A stretch of 59,264 nt of DNA, the filler included, from Trypethelium eluteriae (Eukaryota): NCBI GenBank assembly GCA_051942245.1. It is 3 parts of 3 records of this genome, joined end to end, with 100 filler letters (N's around TTAATTAATTAA, not from the genome) between each part and the next. Parts side by side here need not be neighbours in the genome. Positions count along the whole stretch, not along the records: positions 19,815 to 39,499 come from JAVECL010000520.1; 2 more parts are not named here. One strand, written 5' to 3'. The notes under the pieces are model-generated. The model searched no databases and was not told the DNA's origin. It saw only the letters and a list, made by a program, of their open reading frames with translations. The translations under genes and the position numbers were made by a program. Positions within the stretch are counted from its first letter, which is position 1; each line of letters begins with the position of its first letter. This document shows, in pieces, positions 24,102-37,570 of the stretch.

Positions 24102-24883
24102 ACTAGAAGCGAGCTACTTTGAGTTTCGGAATGAGATTTGATTCTCAGCTTTGTTTCTGCTTTCTGCTGTATCTGACGAGTAAAACTACACGAATACACA
24201 TGGCTTGGCCATTTGGCTAGGCTACAGTGGGATTCTTTTCTCTCACCTACCTCCTACTTTCTTCGATTCGTTGCTCCGCTGGTGGGCTCCGGTCCGATAC
24301 GGGTGTCGGGAGAGTCTATTCACGAAAAGCGTTCTGCGAAGCAAAAGCTTTCGTCGCGGTGGTAGCTCGGGTTGTTTGGTACAGCTCATTGGTTCATTTG
24401 TGTAATGTGAGGATATCGAATGGCATCAGGCGACGGTCTATAGAGGTCATCCTGTATCACGAATTATCATTAAGTCACGATATCCCTCGACAAGGTCCTT
24501 GCCGCTGACGCTCTCGATGTCGTATGGCCGAAGGGCCAAACCTCAAAGGCTTCCAAGCACAAGGCATCTTTGAATCTGTTTAGCTAGCCATTTTCCGTTT
24601 CCGTGTTGCGCTATACAGCAAAGTTCACTAGAACATGTTTGCGCGGTCATGAAGTACCTAACTACTCTGCAGGTATTTTGATGACTGAAGACTCGAAGCA
24701 GATAGGTTGCTCGGCTGAATCTCGGGTCCAGCTATGGAGGCTGAGACAAGGGGTACCTAGAAACTTTCTCGACGACCCCACGGTGGGGCCATCAGCAAAG
24801 GCCAGCAGGCAGGATTGTTTCAATGCTGACTGAGTTGACAGACAAAATGCATAACTTCCATCCCAGGTGAAATCAATTCAATC

Positions 24884-27800
24884 ATGGCCGAGCATCCGGC
24901 CGAGCACCTGCTCCTTCCTGGCTCTTTGGCCTATTCGCGCTTCCGGCTCAATCGGCTTGCCGAGTCCTTAGGAGCTCAAGATGCTCAAGCAATTTGGATC
25001 CATTTCGTGAAGCCACGTTGGCGACTAGAAGATGTCAAAGATGAGAAGCTGAAGACCTTGGAACAGCTGTTGCAGTATGGGGATTATCATCGAAATCAAG
25101 ATCGTCTTTACTTCAGTCTCCTAGATTCAATTGCTCGCACGGATGAACCACGAGATCCGAATATCCATCTATTTTACATCACCCCTAGACCTGGGACAAT
25201 ATCTCCATGGAGCTCAAAGGCGACAAGCATTGCACACGTTTGTGGATTGCAAGATTCTGTTGAACGCATCGAGCGTGGCGTGGTCATCGCGGCTACTTTC
25301 GAAACACCTCTAGCGAGAGATGCGATACCAAATGCGGATGCACTTCATGATCGCATGACTCAGATTATAAGTCGCAGCTATCCGGACCTCTCGACCATAT
25401 TCGCCGAGCATGCTGCTACTTCAGCAACCTTTGTAGAGCTCATCCAATCCCCTGATCCACATGCAGCTCTCCGTGAAGCGAACCAAACCCTGGGTCTAGC
25501 TCTCGATGCTTCAGAGATTGATTACCTCGTCGATGGATATAAAAATCAGCTTAGACGGAATCCAACAGATGTTGAACTTTTCATGTTTGCTCAAGTGAAC
25601 TCAGAGCACTGCCGACACAAGCAATTCAATGCCACATGGACAATTGACGGCCTTCGCAAACCTTCATCGCTATTCCAGATGATACGACACACCCACGAAA
25701 GAAATCCTCAGCATGTTGTATCAGCATACAGTGATAATGCTGCAGTGCTGGAGGGCACTGGAAGTGGGGGTTTCTGGGCACCGAGTCACGCTACCGGAGA
25801 GTGGCAGCAGACAAAGGAGCAAGTGCATTTTCTAGCCAAGGTGGAAACACACAATCATCCGACAGCGGTATCGCCATATCCTGGTGCAGCGACAGGTTCC
25901 GGAGGTGAGATCAGAGATGAAGGCGCTGTAGGTCGAGGCTCCAGACCCAAGGCTGGTCTCGCCGGCTTCAACGTATCCGAACTGCGTATACCGGGTTTCG
26001 AGCAACCATGGGAACTCAATGTCGGCAAACCCCATCACATTGCAAGCAGCCTGGACATCATGCTTGACGCTCCTATCGGCAGTGCGGCATTTAATAACGA
26101 GTTTGGTCGTCCATGTACAGCAGGCTACTTCCGCACGCTTCTCACGGAAGTTAAGGCCGATGGGAAGACTACGGAACTGAGGGGCTATCACAAACCGATC
26201 ATGATTGCTGGAGGTGTTGGTACCGTTCGCCCACAACACGCACAAAAGCGGGAGAATCTTGTCAAACCAGGTGCCCATCTTGTCGTACTCGGTGGTCCGG
26301 CTATGCTCATCGGTCTCGGAGGTGGTGCAGCTTCTTCCATTCAATCCGGTGAAGGCTCTGCCGACCTCGACTTTGCAAGTGTGCAGCGCGGGAACGCCGA
26401 GGTGCAAAGACGAGCGCAGGAGGTGATCAATGCATGCTCAGCTTTGGGTCCAAACAATCCCATCTGGAGCATCCACGATGTTGGTGCAGGAGGTCTAAGT
26501 AATGCTCTTCCAGAGCTGGTGCATGATGCAGGACTTGGAGCCAAGTTCGAACTGAGAGAGATCGATAATACGGATAACGGTATGTCGCCATTGCAGATAT
26601 GGTGCTGCGAGGCTCAGGAGCGATACGTCCTGGCCATTGCTACGGAGGGGATCGATACGTTCAAAAAGATAGCACAAAGAGAACGATGCGGATTTTCCGA
26701 TGTGGGAACCGCGACTACAGGAACGACAGGCCAAGAAAAGAGGCTAGTATTAGTGGACAGGGAGAGCGAAGATTTCAGAACGCTGATTGATGTGCCCATG
26801 GAGGTCTTGTTTGGAAAACCACCAAAGATGAGTAGGGTTGTCGAGACTCGGAGGTTGAGATTACCACCTTTCGATACAAGTCTAGCAATGTATCTGTCCG
26901 ACAAGCAAACGCAAGAGCTCCTTCCGGAGGCTGTGAACAGAGTTCTGGCACTTCCAACAGTTGGCTCGAAATCATTTCTAATCACGATCGGCGACCGGAC
27001 TGTTGGTGGTCTGACAGTTCGAGATCAGATGGTCGGACCTTGGCAAGTGCCCGTCGCTGATTGCTCGGTGACAGCAACATCCCTTACGACCGGTATAAAG
27101 ACCGGTGAGGCCATGGCCATGGGTGAAAGACCTACACTGGCACTCATCTCGCCTGCAGCATCAGCACGAATGGCAGTCGCAGAATCACTGCTGAACATTG
27201 CCGCCGCAGATTTACAGGGTAATCTCGAAAGAATACGGCTTTCGGCAAACTGGATGGCTGCAAGCAGTCATCCTGGAGAAGGCGCGGCACTTTATGAAGC
27301 TGTCGAAGCCATCGGAATAGATCTTTGTCCACAGCTGGGGATTAGCATACCTGTCGGTAAAGACTCAATGTCTATGAAAATGAAATGGCAAGACCAAGGC
27401 TCGCAACAGAAAGAAGTCACCGCACCGCTTTCAGTCATCATTTCCGCCTTTGCACCTGTCCGTAACATCGCAAATGTGTGGACACCCGCACTTCGACGTC
27501 TCGAAGATGTCGGTGAAACCATTCTTCTCTACGTTGACCTTGCCGAGGGTATGAAGGCTCTTGGTGGATCTGCCCTCGCACAAGTATTTAGACAAGTCGG
27601 CGACGAAGCACCAGACGTTCGAGATCCTTTAATCATCAAAGACTATTTCGATGCCATACAACAGCTGCATGAATCCGGCATCGTCCTCGCTTATCACGAT
27701 CGTTCCGATGGCGGCCTCTTCACCACACTGATCGAAATGATGTTTGCCGGCAGATGTGGTTTGGAGATTATGCTAGATCATTTATGCCCAACAAAATCAC

Positions 27801-29104
27801 CATCGCATCTCATGACTGCACTTTTCAATGAGGAACTTGGTGCTGTCTTCCAAGTCCGTAAGAAACACGAAATCGAGTTTCAGCGGTGTTTTGCAACTTG
27901 CGGCCCTCCGTCAGGCATGATCCGCAAAATTGGCCGCATTCCCGTCGCCTCGAAGCAAGAGCTGAGTTTGAGACACGGTGCTGATATTGTTTATCGCGCA
28001 TCTCGCTCGAGCCTACAACAGCGGTGGTCCGCTACGAGCTATCATATGCAAAAACTCCGTGATAATCCTTGCTGTGCGGAGCAGGAATATGCAAACATTG
28101 CCGATGATGCTGACCCTGGTCTAAGCTATCGGCTCAACTTTAAGCCAAAGGAAGACATCCGGTCATTGGCTTCATCAATCTCATCATGGGGATCTACTAT
28201 GTTGAATAGACGCCCCCGAGTCGCGATTTTGAGAGAGCAAGGTGTTAATGGCCACGCTGAGATGGCATATGTCTTCTGCCAGGCCGGCTTTTCCGCCATT
28301 GACGTGCACATGTCGGACCTTCTAACCTCCCGAGTGTCACTCGCCTCATTCGTCGGTCTTGCAGCCTGTGGCGGCTTTAGCTATGGCGACGTTCTCGGGG
28401 CTGGACAAGGATGGTCAAAGAGCGTGCTACTCCACGAAGGCTGCCGCCGAGAATTCCAAGCTTTCTTCGAACGAAGAGACACCTTCACCCTAGGCGTTTG
28501 CAATGGCTGCCAATTCCTCTCAAGACTCAAGTCCGTCATTCCCGGCGCTGACCACTGGCCCAGCTTCGAGCGTAACGAGAGCGAGCAGTACGAAGCCCGC
28601 GTCTGCATGGTCGAAGTCTTAGATCCGCCCAAGAAAGACCACAAGGGTGTCGAGCCGAGCGTCTTTCTCCACGGCATGCATGGCTCACGCCTTCCCATTG
28701 CCGTCGCTCATGGCGAAGGCCGCGCCGTTTTCTCCGCCTCTACTCCCCTCGATCCCGCGGCCGCCGCTGCCCAGTCCACCTCCGTGTCTTCCGAAGACGA
28801 AAAGGAATATGCAGAACAAAACCATGCCGCCAAGACACTGCTGAATCAGAGCCTTGTGTCTCTACGATACATTAACAATAGATTGCAGCCCACCACACGG
28901 TATCCGTATAATCCGAATGGCTCGCCAGAAGGCATTGCTGGTGTTCGGACCCCGGATGGACGCGTCTTGGCGCTGATGCCGCACCCAGAAAGAACGATCT
29001 TGAGGAACGTGGGCAGCTGGATACCAGATGGGATGGCGGATGAATGGGGGGAGACTGGACCGTGGGGTCGCATGTTTAGGAGCGCCAGAAGATGGGTTGG
29101 ATAG
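24884..29104 (+). CDS. ADE6: Phosphoribosylformylglycinamidine synthase (FGAM synthase, large PurL)
   Basis: Intronless 1406-aa ORF with [35 protein letters not shown], and the glutaminase motifs GVCNGCQ and MPHPER. Confidence 0.98.
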   Translation: MAEHPAEHLLLPGSLAYSRFRLNRLAESLGAQDAQAIWIHFVKPRWRLEDVKDEKLKTLEQLLQYGDYHRNQDRLYFSLLDSIARTDEPRDPNIHLFYITPRPGTISPWSSKATSIAHVCGLQDSVERIERGVVIAATFETPLARDAIPNADALHDRMTQIISRSYPDLSTIFAEHAATSATFVELIQSPDPHAALREANQTLGLALDASEIDYLVDGYKNQLRRNPTDVELFMFAQVNSEHCRHKQFNATWTIDGLRKPSSLFQMIRHTHERNPQHVVSAYSDNAAVLEGTGSGGFWAPSHATGEWQQTKEQVHFLAKVETHNHPTAVSPYPGAATGSGGEIRDEGAVGRGSRPKAGLAGFNVSELRIPGFEQPWELNVGKPHHIASSLDIMLDAPIGSAAFNNEFGRPCTAGYFRTLLTEVKADGKTTELRGYHKPIMIAGGVGTVRPQHAQKRENLVKPGAHLVVLGGPAMLIGLGGGAASSIQSGEGSADLDFASVQRGNAEVQRRAQEVINACSALGPNNPIWSIHDVGAGGLSNALPELVHDAGLGAKFELREIDNTDNGMSPLQIWCCEAQERYVLAIATEGIDTFKKIAQRERCGFSDVGTATTGTTGQEKRLVLVDRESEDFRTLIDVPMEVLFGKPPKMSRVVETRRLRLPPFDTSLAMYLSDKQTQELLPEAVNRVLALPTVGSKSFLITIGDRTVGGLTVRDQMVGPWQVPVADCSVTATSLTTGIKTGEAMAMGERPTLALISPAASARMAVAESLLNIAAADLQGNLERIRLSANWMAASSHPGEGAALYEAVEAIGIDLCPQLGISIPVGKDSMSMKMKWQDQGSQQKEVTAPLSVIISAFAPVRNIANVWTPALRRLEDVGETILLYVDLAEGMKALGGSALAQVFRQVGDEAPDVRDPLIIKDYFDAIQQLHESGIVLAYHDRSDGGLFTTLIEMMFAGRCGLEIMLDHLCPTKSPSHLMTALFNEELGAVFQVRKKHEIEFQRCFATCGPPSGMIRKIGRIPVASKQELSLRHGADIVYRASRSSLQQRWSATSYHMQKLRDNPCCAEQEYANIADDADPGLSYRLNFKPKEDIRSLASSISSWGSTMLNRRPRVAILREQGVNGHAEMAYVFCQAGFSAIDVHMSDLLTSRVSLASFVGLAACGGFSYGDVLGAGQGWSKSVLLHEGCRREFQAFFERRDTFTLGVCNGCQFLSRLKSVIPGADHWPSFERNESEQYEARVCMVEVLDPPKKDHKGVEPSVFLHGMHGSRLPIAVAHGEGRAVFSASTPLDPAAAAAQSTSVSSEDEKEYAEQNHAAKTLLNQSLVSLRYINNRLQPTTRYPYNPNGSPEGIAGVRTPDGRVLALMPHPERTILRNVGSWIPDGMADEWGETGPWGRMFRSARRWVG

Positions 29105-30835
29105 GTGACCTGCTGATCTGAGCTCAGGGCGTTTGCATTCTGTAGAAGGGAGGGAATCATTGCATGTGGTGGTAAGTCCGCTTTTCGTGTAGATCACTTA
29201 AAGATCTATGCTCGTCGTGGACATCACCCTTAGAAAGGCATCATGGCGATAAGCTCCTTTTTGGCAATTCTGTCTCCGCCGCTAGCATTCATTATTGACG
29301 CCTGAACGGCCTACATTCGTTTCTGTGATATTGACTCACGCTCTGACTCATAAACTCCCTACCAGGACAGTTCATCGTCAGATGTAATGCCTTGCCAGAG
29401 ATACAGGCTTTCAATGTTTGATTGGAACAGCTGAAAGTTCTGCAGTGTTAGATCATGTTTGACCGCAATTTTATCCTCCGCCTCTGTTCCCGAACATCGT
29501 CAACGGATCTGCATTATGGTCCATTGTCTCTGAGGTTGAAGCAAATACTACTTCAATATCCAATGTTAGGATTGAGGATCCCCTCGCTCGTCGCTCTGCA
29601 TATATTGTATGCAATGTGACTGTTATCAGAAAGGGCTTCTTTGTTTCTTTTGACCTGAGATACGGGACCTTTTCTTGCCGATAAAAAAGGGCAAATATCA
29701 CTAGTCTAAGGAAGTACATTCTCAAACATGTCTTATACGCTCATGGTGAAGGCTCAGAGTACATAAGTCCAGACCGTTCAGCAAATCTTGAGACATCATA
29801 CTCTGCCAATCCTATTGCGTGGCTCATTCATTGCATATTCGATACCCTGAAACAGTACTAAAATTACTAGCCACTCTCTACGTCTTCGATTCTCAGAAAT
29901 TCCGCTGCCAAAGATGGACTCTCTTCCTATCCGATTGATTTGTCATTGGTGTCGTCGCAGTTATGATCATACACACGCAGAATGCCCGGGATGTTCCGCA
30001 CCTAGCATACTTACATGTTTTTCTGTCGCTTTCATCAACTGCCGCTCGAACGGCATTGTCAGTGGCCGCCGCGAGTTACTGAACCGGAACGCAAGATCAG
30101 TCCAGAATCTGCCTCGCCGAAGCAATCTCGCGGTTGTGGTCGTTTGGGAAGGAGGGGACGGAAATATTGAAAATTTTCGTTGGGTCATGTATTTTGCAGA
30201 ACGGTGAAATCTGGCCCTCAATGCCCATGTCGACATGACCAGATTGGGGTGACTGGACGGCGGCGACTGTGCGGCTGTTTGACTGGTTGGCGTGGGCTTA
30301 TGGAAAGGGCCTGTGATAACGGTCAACTATTTTTCGGGGCTTACTTGGTTTGACTCTGTGTAAAGCAAAGGGAATTCCAGAAGAGAATCTCTTGTAACAG
30401 TATTGATTCTGGTGGGATTACTACATACATCAGAAAATCAACATAAGGAGCATTATCATCTCGAAATTGCGGTGATAGATACCGAATGCGAAATGTGGTA
30501 AATCATGCAGCAGAGCAAAAATACAAACTCCCCGGAGAGCCACTTGAGGAATAGCGTGATCAAGATCTTGCTGTATACGAGCAGGGGTGCCACGACCTAT
30601 ATTTCGCCCCACTCCGTTTCAGCTAGCTGAGCATGATAGCAGCAGGAGTTCATTGACCCTAGGTCCTTAACGCGTGGCGTTGAGAAATTGGAGGGGTGTG
30701 TAGATAGAGTAACTGCGCACGGTCACAGCCGATCCAAGCGCTTCTGGGCCGTTTCGCCTGTTGACCACCTCCCGCATTGTTGCGTCTCGCATCTCCCATC
30801 CAAGAGCAACTCCCTAGCAGGGAAATATCACATGC

Positions 30836-31028
30836 ATGGCTACTGGCGAATCTACGTGTCTTAGATGTCGTAATATTGATCTCTCGGCGCATTCTCTCCG
30901 GCTCAACAACCTGGTCACCATTCAACTAGGAAACGTACGAGACTGGGAACTCGCTTGCCAAATATGTCGAGCATTTGCCCGGCTAGCCGGTTTTGAGCTA
31001 AGTGCAGCTCGTTCTGGAGTTGATACCA

Positions 31029-31062
<34 letters not shown>

Positions 31063-32881
31063 CAATGGCGATGGCGATGACGATAACGGGTTGTCGCACA
31101 TAATATACAACATTGAAGACCCTCCGTCGACGCAGGAATATTGTCTCCTAGCCTTCAACACGGCAACGATATTTGCAGATCCGCCCGATGTAAAACTTGC
31201 AGACTGGGAAGACCCAGTGTCATTTGCCGTTATAGAGAAAGAGTACGCTTGCAGTGAGGGAAGTGAAGAGGTTTTCAACTGCGTGAGAGGTCGCGGCTGG
31301 TTCAGCTTGTATGTCGAGTCAGAAGACAGGCAGCGATTCATGCCTGAAGCCACGAAAGCTCTTGCAGAAGTTTCTCTTATCAAAAGCTGGCTGCAGTACT
31401 GTATTGCAAACCACAAGCAATGCCATCCAAATTTACTGCGTACGATGGCACCAATCAAACTGATCAACTGCTCAACTCGTCAAGTCGTCTCGCGAGATCA
31501 TGATCAGTCATTCCTCACTCTAAGTTACGTCTGTAGCGAGGTGCCTGATCTTGGCTACACAGACGGACAGCTTGTTATCAATCAACCGCAGCTAATTGAA
31601 GATGCCATCACTCTCACTCTTCAGCTTGAATACTACTACCTGTGGATTGATAGATACTGCATTAATCAAGTTGATGAAGTAGAAAAAGGATCTCAGATAC
31701 TTCAAATGGATCAGATATATGCAAGATCCGATCTGACGATCATCGTCGCGGATTCAGTAGAAGGAATGAGTGGTGTGTCCTCACGTAAGCCGGCTGACAC
31801 CCTAGTTCTCGGCAATCAGATCTTCATTATAACACCGCCGACACCACGATACGAGATCGAAAACTCCATATGGAACCGGAGGGCATGGACTTATCAAGAG
31901 TCCGTCTTGTCTAGACGGAGACTAGTCGCACTGAGGGAACAATTTTACTTCAAGTGCATGGGAATGGATTGCTGCGAGTCGCTTCACGGATGCTTGCAAG
32001 AGAAAACGAGAATTGATGCAACGCGCGTTGGTCATAGGTGGAGCGAATCCGAAGTTTTTATCAATCTCTCTACTCAAGACGACCCTCTAGCGCACATATA
32101 TTATCATTTGGCTGAGTACTCAAAACGCCAGCTTTCTTTTCCTACAGATATCTTGCAAGCTATCGAGGGCGTTTTGGCGCAGATGCGGCAGATCTATCCT
32201 GATTTGGCTGAAGTGACAGGCTTGCCTATCGTACACCGAGTGGGTTCCCCCGCAGGGCTAAAGGAACGATTTCTCACTACATTGTGCTGGAAGACAGCTT
32301 TTCGCTGCGAGCGGCGAGAAGGATTTGCGAGCTGGTCTTGGGCTGGTTGGCATGCCGCTCTTCCGTTCATCGAGAATAGGGAGCCAGATATAGTGGAGAT
32401 GCACAACCTTGACATCGGCATCGAAGATCTGTCGTCAAAAACAACTTCGCTTGAGCAATTCTATGGCAGGCAAGCACAGAACTTTGCAAACAGGCATATT
32501 CACGGTACTCGCCTTCATATTGAAGCGCCGTATTTTGTGGTGAAATTCCTGGGCTGGTCAAATCGGGGCATAGAGAGTGTACTACCGTATGGCAAAGCCC
32601 GTATTTGGGTTGAAGGAGCTAAGATGATTCACGGTCGATTCTTCCCACCTACGCATGACCAGAATACCAAACGCAATAACGAGGTCTGGAACGCAATTGT
32701 CCTCGGCAGAAGAAGTGCAGCCTTGGACGCCTCAAACTCCAATATGTTAGTCATGCTCATTACAAAACGGGTCATGGAAAGATTCTTTGAAAGAATAGGC
32801 GTACTTGAGATCACTCCGCAAGAGCTTGAGCCAGACTTGACCGCGTTGCTCTCCCGCCAGGAAAATTTTACTATTATATAA
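30836..32881 (+). CDS. HET (heterokaryon incompatibility) domain protein
   Basis: 681-aa ORF with the three HET blocks (FLTLSYVCS, YLWIDRYCINQ..QMDQIY, WNRRAWTYQE), downstream YSKRQLSFPTD and SWSWAGW, and N-terminal CxxC pairs. Confidence 0.92.
31031..31060 (+). repeat. (GAT)10 coding microsatellite encoding poly-Asp in the HET gene
   Basis: Ten perfect GAT units followed by degenerate GAC/AAT/GGC GAT units. Confidence 0.95.
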
Positions 32882-34545
32882 TGTATTAATGTCGTTGTGA
32901 ATTCATCACTTTGACGTTTACATTAGCTAATAGTAGTCTAGGATTGCATCGTATTACATATTCGCGAAATTAATGCTTTGCTTCATCCTTTCGGTGTTAT
33001 TAGCTACAGTACCGATAATCTACTCCTCACTTCAACTCCTTCCAAGTCGACTGCCCTTATGTATCCTAATAGCGCTGGATAGCTTTAAGGTAGCTTCTGG
33101 CAGACGTTTGTCGTGATTGGAGTAACGATTGGAATGTGGCTGCTACTCATTGATAATATACTTTTCAAGGCAATTAATTTGTCGGTGGAATTTATCGGGG
33201 TTCTGCGTAAAGTGGCTTGAAGGCAATCTTACATACATGTAGAGCTTCACAGCACGGGATTTTTCTACAGATGACACGTGCTTTGAATGTTTACTGGCAC
33301 GCTTTTCATGTGGAGATATGCTTCAGAGCCAAATCTCCGAGCTAATAACGTAATTCTTTATCCATGTAAACACGATAAATCTTTAAAAAAAAAAAGAAAA
33401 AGAAAAAGATAAGATTGTATTTATTATTGTAATGAGTCTGTAACTTGATTAATATATTTAATATAGCATGAATATAATCAAGGCGATACAGGCGTACGGC
33501 GAAGCATAATGTGGCTTCGGGTGCTGGATTTTCACATAGGTCCGTCAGACCCGTGAGACCCGTCGGGCCGTGGGCCGTGGACGCAATCCTGCCGAGACGG
33601 GCAAGAAATGTTTGTCGCGATCAGATCACACATCCGAATGCGCACAGCTGAGAGGAACTCCTCCGCCCGTGTGCGGCTCAGTAATGTTTGCTGAAGACTC
33701 TGTCCAACATGACTTATAAGACAAGGGTCGCGGCAGCAACGCAGCTTACCTAATACCCCTTGACAGGGAATAATGAGCTCGGTCACGCTTAAGGCAGCCG
33801 AGCGCTTCCCAACGGTGATTAGCGGTACTGCACGGGGAATAGCATAAGGAGTGCACCAGTTGGTCTTAAAATAGAAGCCACAAAGCTAGATTGGACGAGA
33901 CGCCGACTATCCGTGATTATATCCCTGATTAATAACGTAATTTGAGAAGGTAAACGTGTCTTTAAAAAATCTGAGGTAGTTACAGGCCTTGTTCACGGTA
34001 AGGCTAGGAGTTGCGAGCATTACCTGGGATGTGGAGGCCACGAAACATAATAGGGACCCGGCGCAAGCATTTACGAGTTCCACAGTTTGTCTGGATATAT
34101 TTCGAGTTGGGTACGGAGTACCTAGACGCGTGACAAAATACAAGGTGGTGCGGGCCCTTACCTAGCGAAGAGTAATTAGCGCGCTCATTATCAGTTCCCA
34201 CACGGTCGGGGAGGGTTCACCCTTGACCATCTTGGCGCCAAGGGCGACATCTTAGCAACACAACACTGAGGCACAGTTTGGGTGAGATCGTTAGAAATGA
34301 ATTATGTAGCTCCAACATGCAAACCCACAAAAGAAAGCGAATCTCCCTTACACTGTAGCTGCTTGCAGTTGTATGCTCGGCATTCGCCCAGACATCAATG
34401 ACTGATGGTGCACCAAAAGGTTGAATATGAATGCTGTTTCGGAATAGCCGTGACCTTTCCCTACCTCGATCTCATTTCTTCTCCATCTCAGTCGGCATAA
34501 TTGCTTTCCATCTTTTACCATCTTTGTCTCACCGAGTCAAATGAG

Positions 34546-36276
34546 ATGTCGCGTTTCGCACGGCTAATATTCACTGCTTGCACCTTAGTTATCACCTTGT
34601 ACACGCTCAGACAGCTGAAGAGCTCCCTAGGAAACGTGTCTCTCCTTCACCAAAGTCCGTCAGACTCATGCCTTCCATTATCGTCCGAGACTCTTTACCA
34701 ACCGGGTGGCAATGATCGCTTTAAATGGAGGGATGTAGCAACTCAATACCCGGTCTCATCGCTAAGACAGTTATCAAGCAAAAAGAGGAGTCGGCTGCCG
34801 AAAGTTCAGTATCACTTTTCGACCTCGAACGCAACAGTCGTGGAGCAGCGCAGAAATCGCCGTCAAGAAGTCAAGGACGCATTCCAAAGATGTTGGCAAG
34901 CCTATAGCGAGAAAGCCTGGCTGAAAGATGAATTCACGCCTGTATCAAATGGGTGGAAGAATAACTTTGGAGGATATGCGGCTACGCTGGTCGACAATCT
35001 TGATACTCTCTTCATTATGGATTTCGAAAAGGAGTTTGAAGAAGCTGTCGCTGCTGCTGTTGAGATCGATTTCGACCCTGCAATCTCGGCTCTAGAGGAA
35101 ATCAATATCTTTGAGACGACGATACGGCATTTGGGCGGCTTCCTAGGCGCATATGAGCTTACCGAATGCAAGGACAAGAGGCTTCTCGATAAAGCAATAG
35201 AAATTGGCGACATGATATACAAATCCTTTGATACGCCGAATCGGATGCCTATTACACATTGGAATCCTCGGAAGGCCGCTGAAGGAGAATTACAATCTGC
35301 TCCGGATGATGGCCTTCTTGCCGAGCTGGCTTCTTCGAGTATGGAACTGACACGTTTGTCGCAACTCACTGGCGATATGCGGTGGTTTGACGCTACGCAG
35401 AGGATCACCGACATGCTTGACGAACAGCAGAACCAGACTACTCTCCCCGGGATGTGGCCTGCCAAGGTTAATGCTAGAGAATCAGACGTGAGAGTAGGTA
35501 GGCGGTATAGTATTGGTGGAGAGACGGATTCTACCTATGAATATCTGGTTAAGATGATTGCATTGCTAGGGGAAGGGGACGTCATGGAGCAGTACAAAAG
35601 GATGTACGAATTCTCGATGGACACCGCTTTTCAACATATTCTGTTTCGGCCCCTAGTCCCGGATAATGCGGATATCCTAATACCGGGATCAGTAATAGCT
35701 AACGTTCACGGCGAAAGCTCTCTCAATTCAAAAGCGGAACATCTTGCTTGCGTTTTTGGCGGTATGCTGGCACTTGGAGGGCGCCTCTTCCAGAATGATA
35801 CATATCTCGAAAATGGCCATAAGGTGACTCAAGGATGTGTCTGGGCTTATAGGAATTCGCCGATGGGAATCATGGCTGACTCTGTCCAAATGATCGCATG
35901 CGACTCAGATGTAGATTGTGAATGGCATAATGAACAACCAGAGTGGTACCAATTGACCTCCGATCCATCGTACCGTCTGCGGCCAGAGGCAATTGAGAGT
36001 GTATTCTACTTGTATCGAATTACGGGCGACGAGATGTACCAGGATATCGCTTGGGAGATGTTCCAGGCTGTCAATAAGGCTACGCGTACTGTATATGCGA
36101 ACGCGATGATTTCGAATGTGATGTCGAGCCACGTCTCGCATCAGGATAGCATGGAAAGTTTTTGGATGTCGGAGACATTGAAGTATTTCTATCTAATCTT
36201 CAGTGAGCCGGAGTTTCTAAGCTTGGATACCTTCGTGTTCAATACCGAAGCTCATCCTTTCAGACGAAATCGATAG
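34546..36276 (+). CDS. Class I alpha-1,2-mannosidase (glycoside hydrolase family 47), type II membrane anchor
   Basis: Motifs ATLVDNLDTL, FETTIRHLGG, DSTYEYLVK, LRPEAIES, ESFWMSETLKYFYL and FNTEAHP. Hydrophobic N-terminal segment after the first ATG at 34546. Confidence 0.95.
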   Translation: MSRFARLIFTACTLVITLYTLRQLKSSLGNVSLLHQSPSDSCLPLSSETLYQPGGNDRFKWRDVATQYPVSSLRQLSSKKRSRLPKVQYHFSTSNATVVEQRRNRRQEVKDAFQRCWQAYSEKAWLKDEFTPVSNGWKNNFGGYAATLVDNLDTLFIMDFEKEFEEAVAAAVEIDFDPAISALEEINIFETTIRHLGGFLGAYELTECKDKRLLDKAIEIGDMIYKSFDTPNRMPITHWNPRKAAEGELQSAPDDGLLAELASSSMELTRLSQLTGDMRWFDATQRITDMLDEQQNQTTLPGMWPAKVNARESDVRVGRRYSIGGETDSTYEYLVKMIALLGEGDVMEQYKRMYEFSMDTAFQHILFRPLVPDNADILIPGSVIANVHGESSLNSKAEHLACVFGGMLALGGRLFQNDTYLENGHKVTQGCVWAYRNSPMGIMADSVQMIACDSDVDCEWHNEQPEWYQLTSDPSYRLRPEAIESVFYLYRITGDEMYQDIAWEMFQAVNKATRTVYANAMISNVMSSHVSHQDSMESFWMSETLKYFYLIFSEPEFLSLDTFVFNTEAHPFRRNR

Positions 36277-36481
36277 ATTAATGAGAAGAGTAAACGAGTT
36301 GAAGATCTGATGTTTCATTACCATAAGGCCGCAGATACGCCTTTCTCAGGAGGCGAGCGAAAACACTGGCGGACACATCTGCGCTTAGAGAAGGTTAGAG
36401 CAATACGGACCACCCCGTCTCGTTGAGCTTTGTGTCTCGATGGACTGTCGTGATTGCGCTGGAAACATAAAGAAGGGTGAC

Positions 36482-37570
36482 TTATGCTTCACCGTCCTCG
36501 TAGATTATGCAAACAAAGAATGCCAGTGCTTTACTTGCAGCCGCCACCTCAATGCTCACGATGACCCAAACAAATAGCTCGATGACGGTGACTGCCATGA
36601 TCGATGTATATACCAATGTCCCCGCAATGTAATAAATGGCGAATGAAAGCTGAATGGCCCAATTCATGCCCTGACCCGGAACCGGTGAAGGCTCTTCGAG
36701 TGGGGCCACACTGAATGCCCTCTCCCTGACCGGATCATTGTGATGGGAAGGCACCGGTGCCCTTGATCCGATTCGTGGCCGATTTTCTCGGCCGCTCGAC
36801 GTACCGTCTGGGAAACTTGAATCGCCGTGCTTCGGGTTGCAATGTGTGTGGACCGTTTCAATGTACTCAGACGATTCTAACTCAAGTTGCGGAGACCCAA
36901 TTTCCGGGCTCATGGCTGCCGTTTCACTCTTGCCTAACCAGGTCATGATGATGGCTGGCACAATCGCAGCCAGATGCCATGTCAAGATAAACACCGGATA
37001 CGGGCATCCTAGAGCACTTCTTTTCGAAAAGGTTTCCATCAGTGCAAGTGCCGTATATCCGACCGCAAGCGCTGCAGCGGCTGCCGCTATGCAAAGACTC
37101 AATTTGGTGCGAGTCTGCTGGATCGCCCAGCGATACGTAGGCCCCGATGCGAACGCTTTCCTGCTCTGCCCCAGTGACTTTCGGTTAGTAGGGTTCGGGA
37201 CGATGCCCATCGATCGCACGAAGACATCCACCCAGACCGGCAGTCTCCGCGACACGTCAATGAGTCGTCTTTCCGGCCATGCGATATCTTTAATGGTGAG
37301 AAGTATGAGGCCCATGATGAGTGCCACAGCGGCAAATTGTTGTTTCCGAGGCTCGTCGGCCTCGCTGAATGCGCAACCGGCCCACCACCAACAGCCATTG
37401 TTAGTCGCATTAGTAAGTTCGAAATAGGTCTTCTGAGAGACTGGTACGAAAGGACTGTAGACGACTTCAGAATAGGGTGGGCAAGACGCGAGTGTGGTAG
37501 CGAAGATATTAGCGATGAAGAGAAGTGCGACTGAACGGATGACCGGTTTCGAGCACATGCTCGGCCACAT
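36482..37570 (-). CDS. Hypothetical multi-pass membrane protein
   Basis: About 360-aa ORF with a signal-like N-terminus, several hydrophobic segments and a polar loop. Family not recognised; the start could be 37570 or 37558. Confidence 0.7.
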   Translation of the reverse strand: MWPSMCSKPVIRSVALLFIANIFATTLASCPPYSEVVYSPFVPVSQKTYFELTNATNNGCWWWAGCAFSEADEPRKQQFAAVALIMGLILLTIKDIAWPERRLIDVSRRLPVWVDVFVRSMGIVPNPTNRKSLGQSRKAFASGPTYRWAIQQTRTKLSLCIAAAAAALAVGYTALALMETFSKRSALGCPYPVFILTWHLAAIVPAIIMTWLGKSETAAMSPEIGSPQLELESSEYIETVHTHCNPKHGDSSFPDGTSSGRENRPRIGSRAPVPSHHNDPVRERAFSVAPLEEPSPVPGQGMNWAIQLSFAIYYIAGTLVYTSIMAVTVIELFVWVIVSIEVAAASKALAFFVCIIYEDGEA

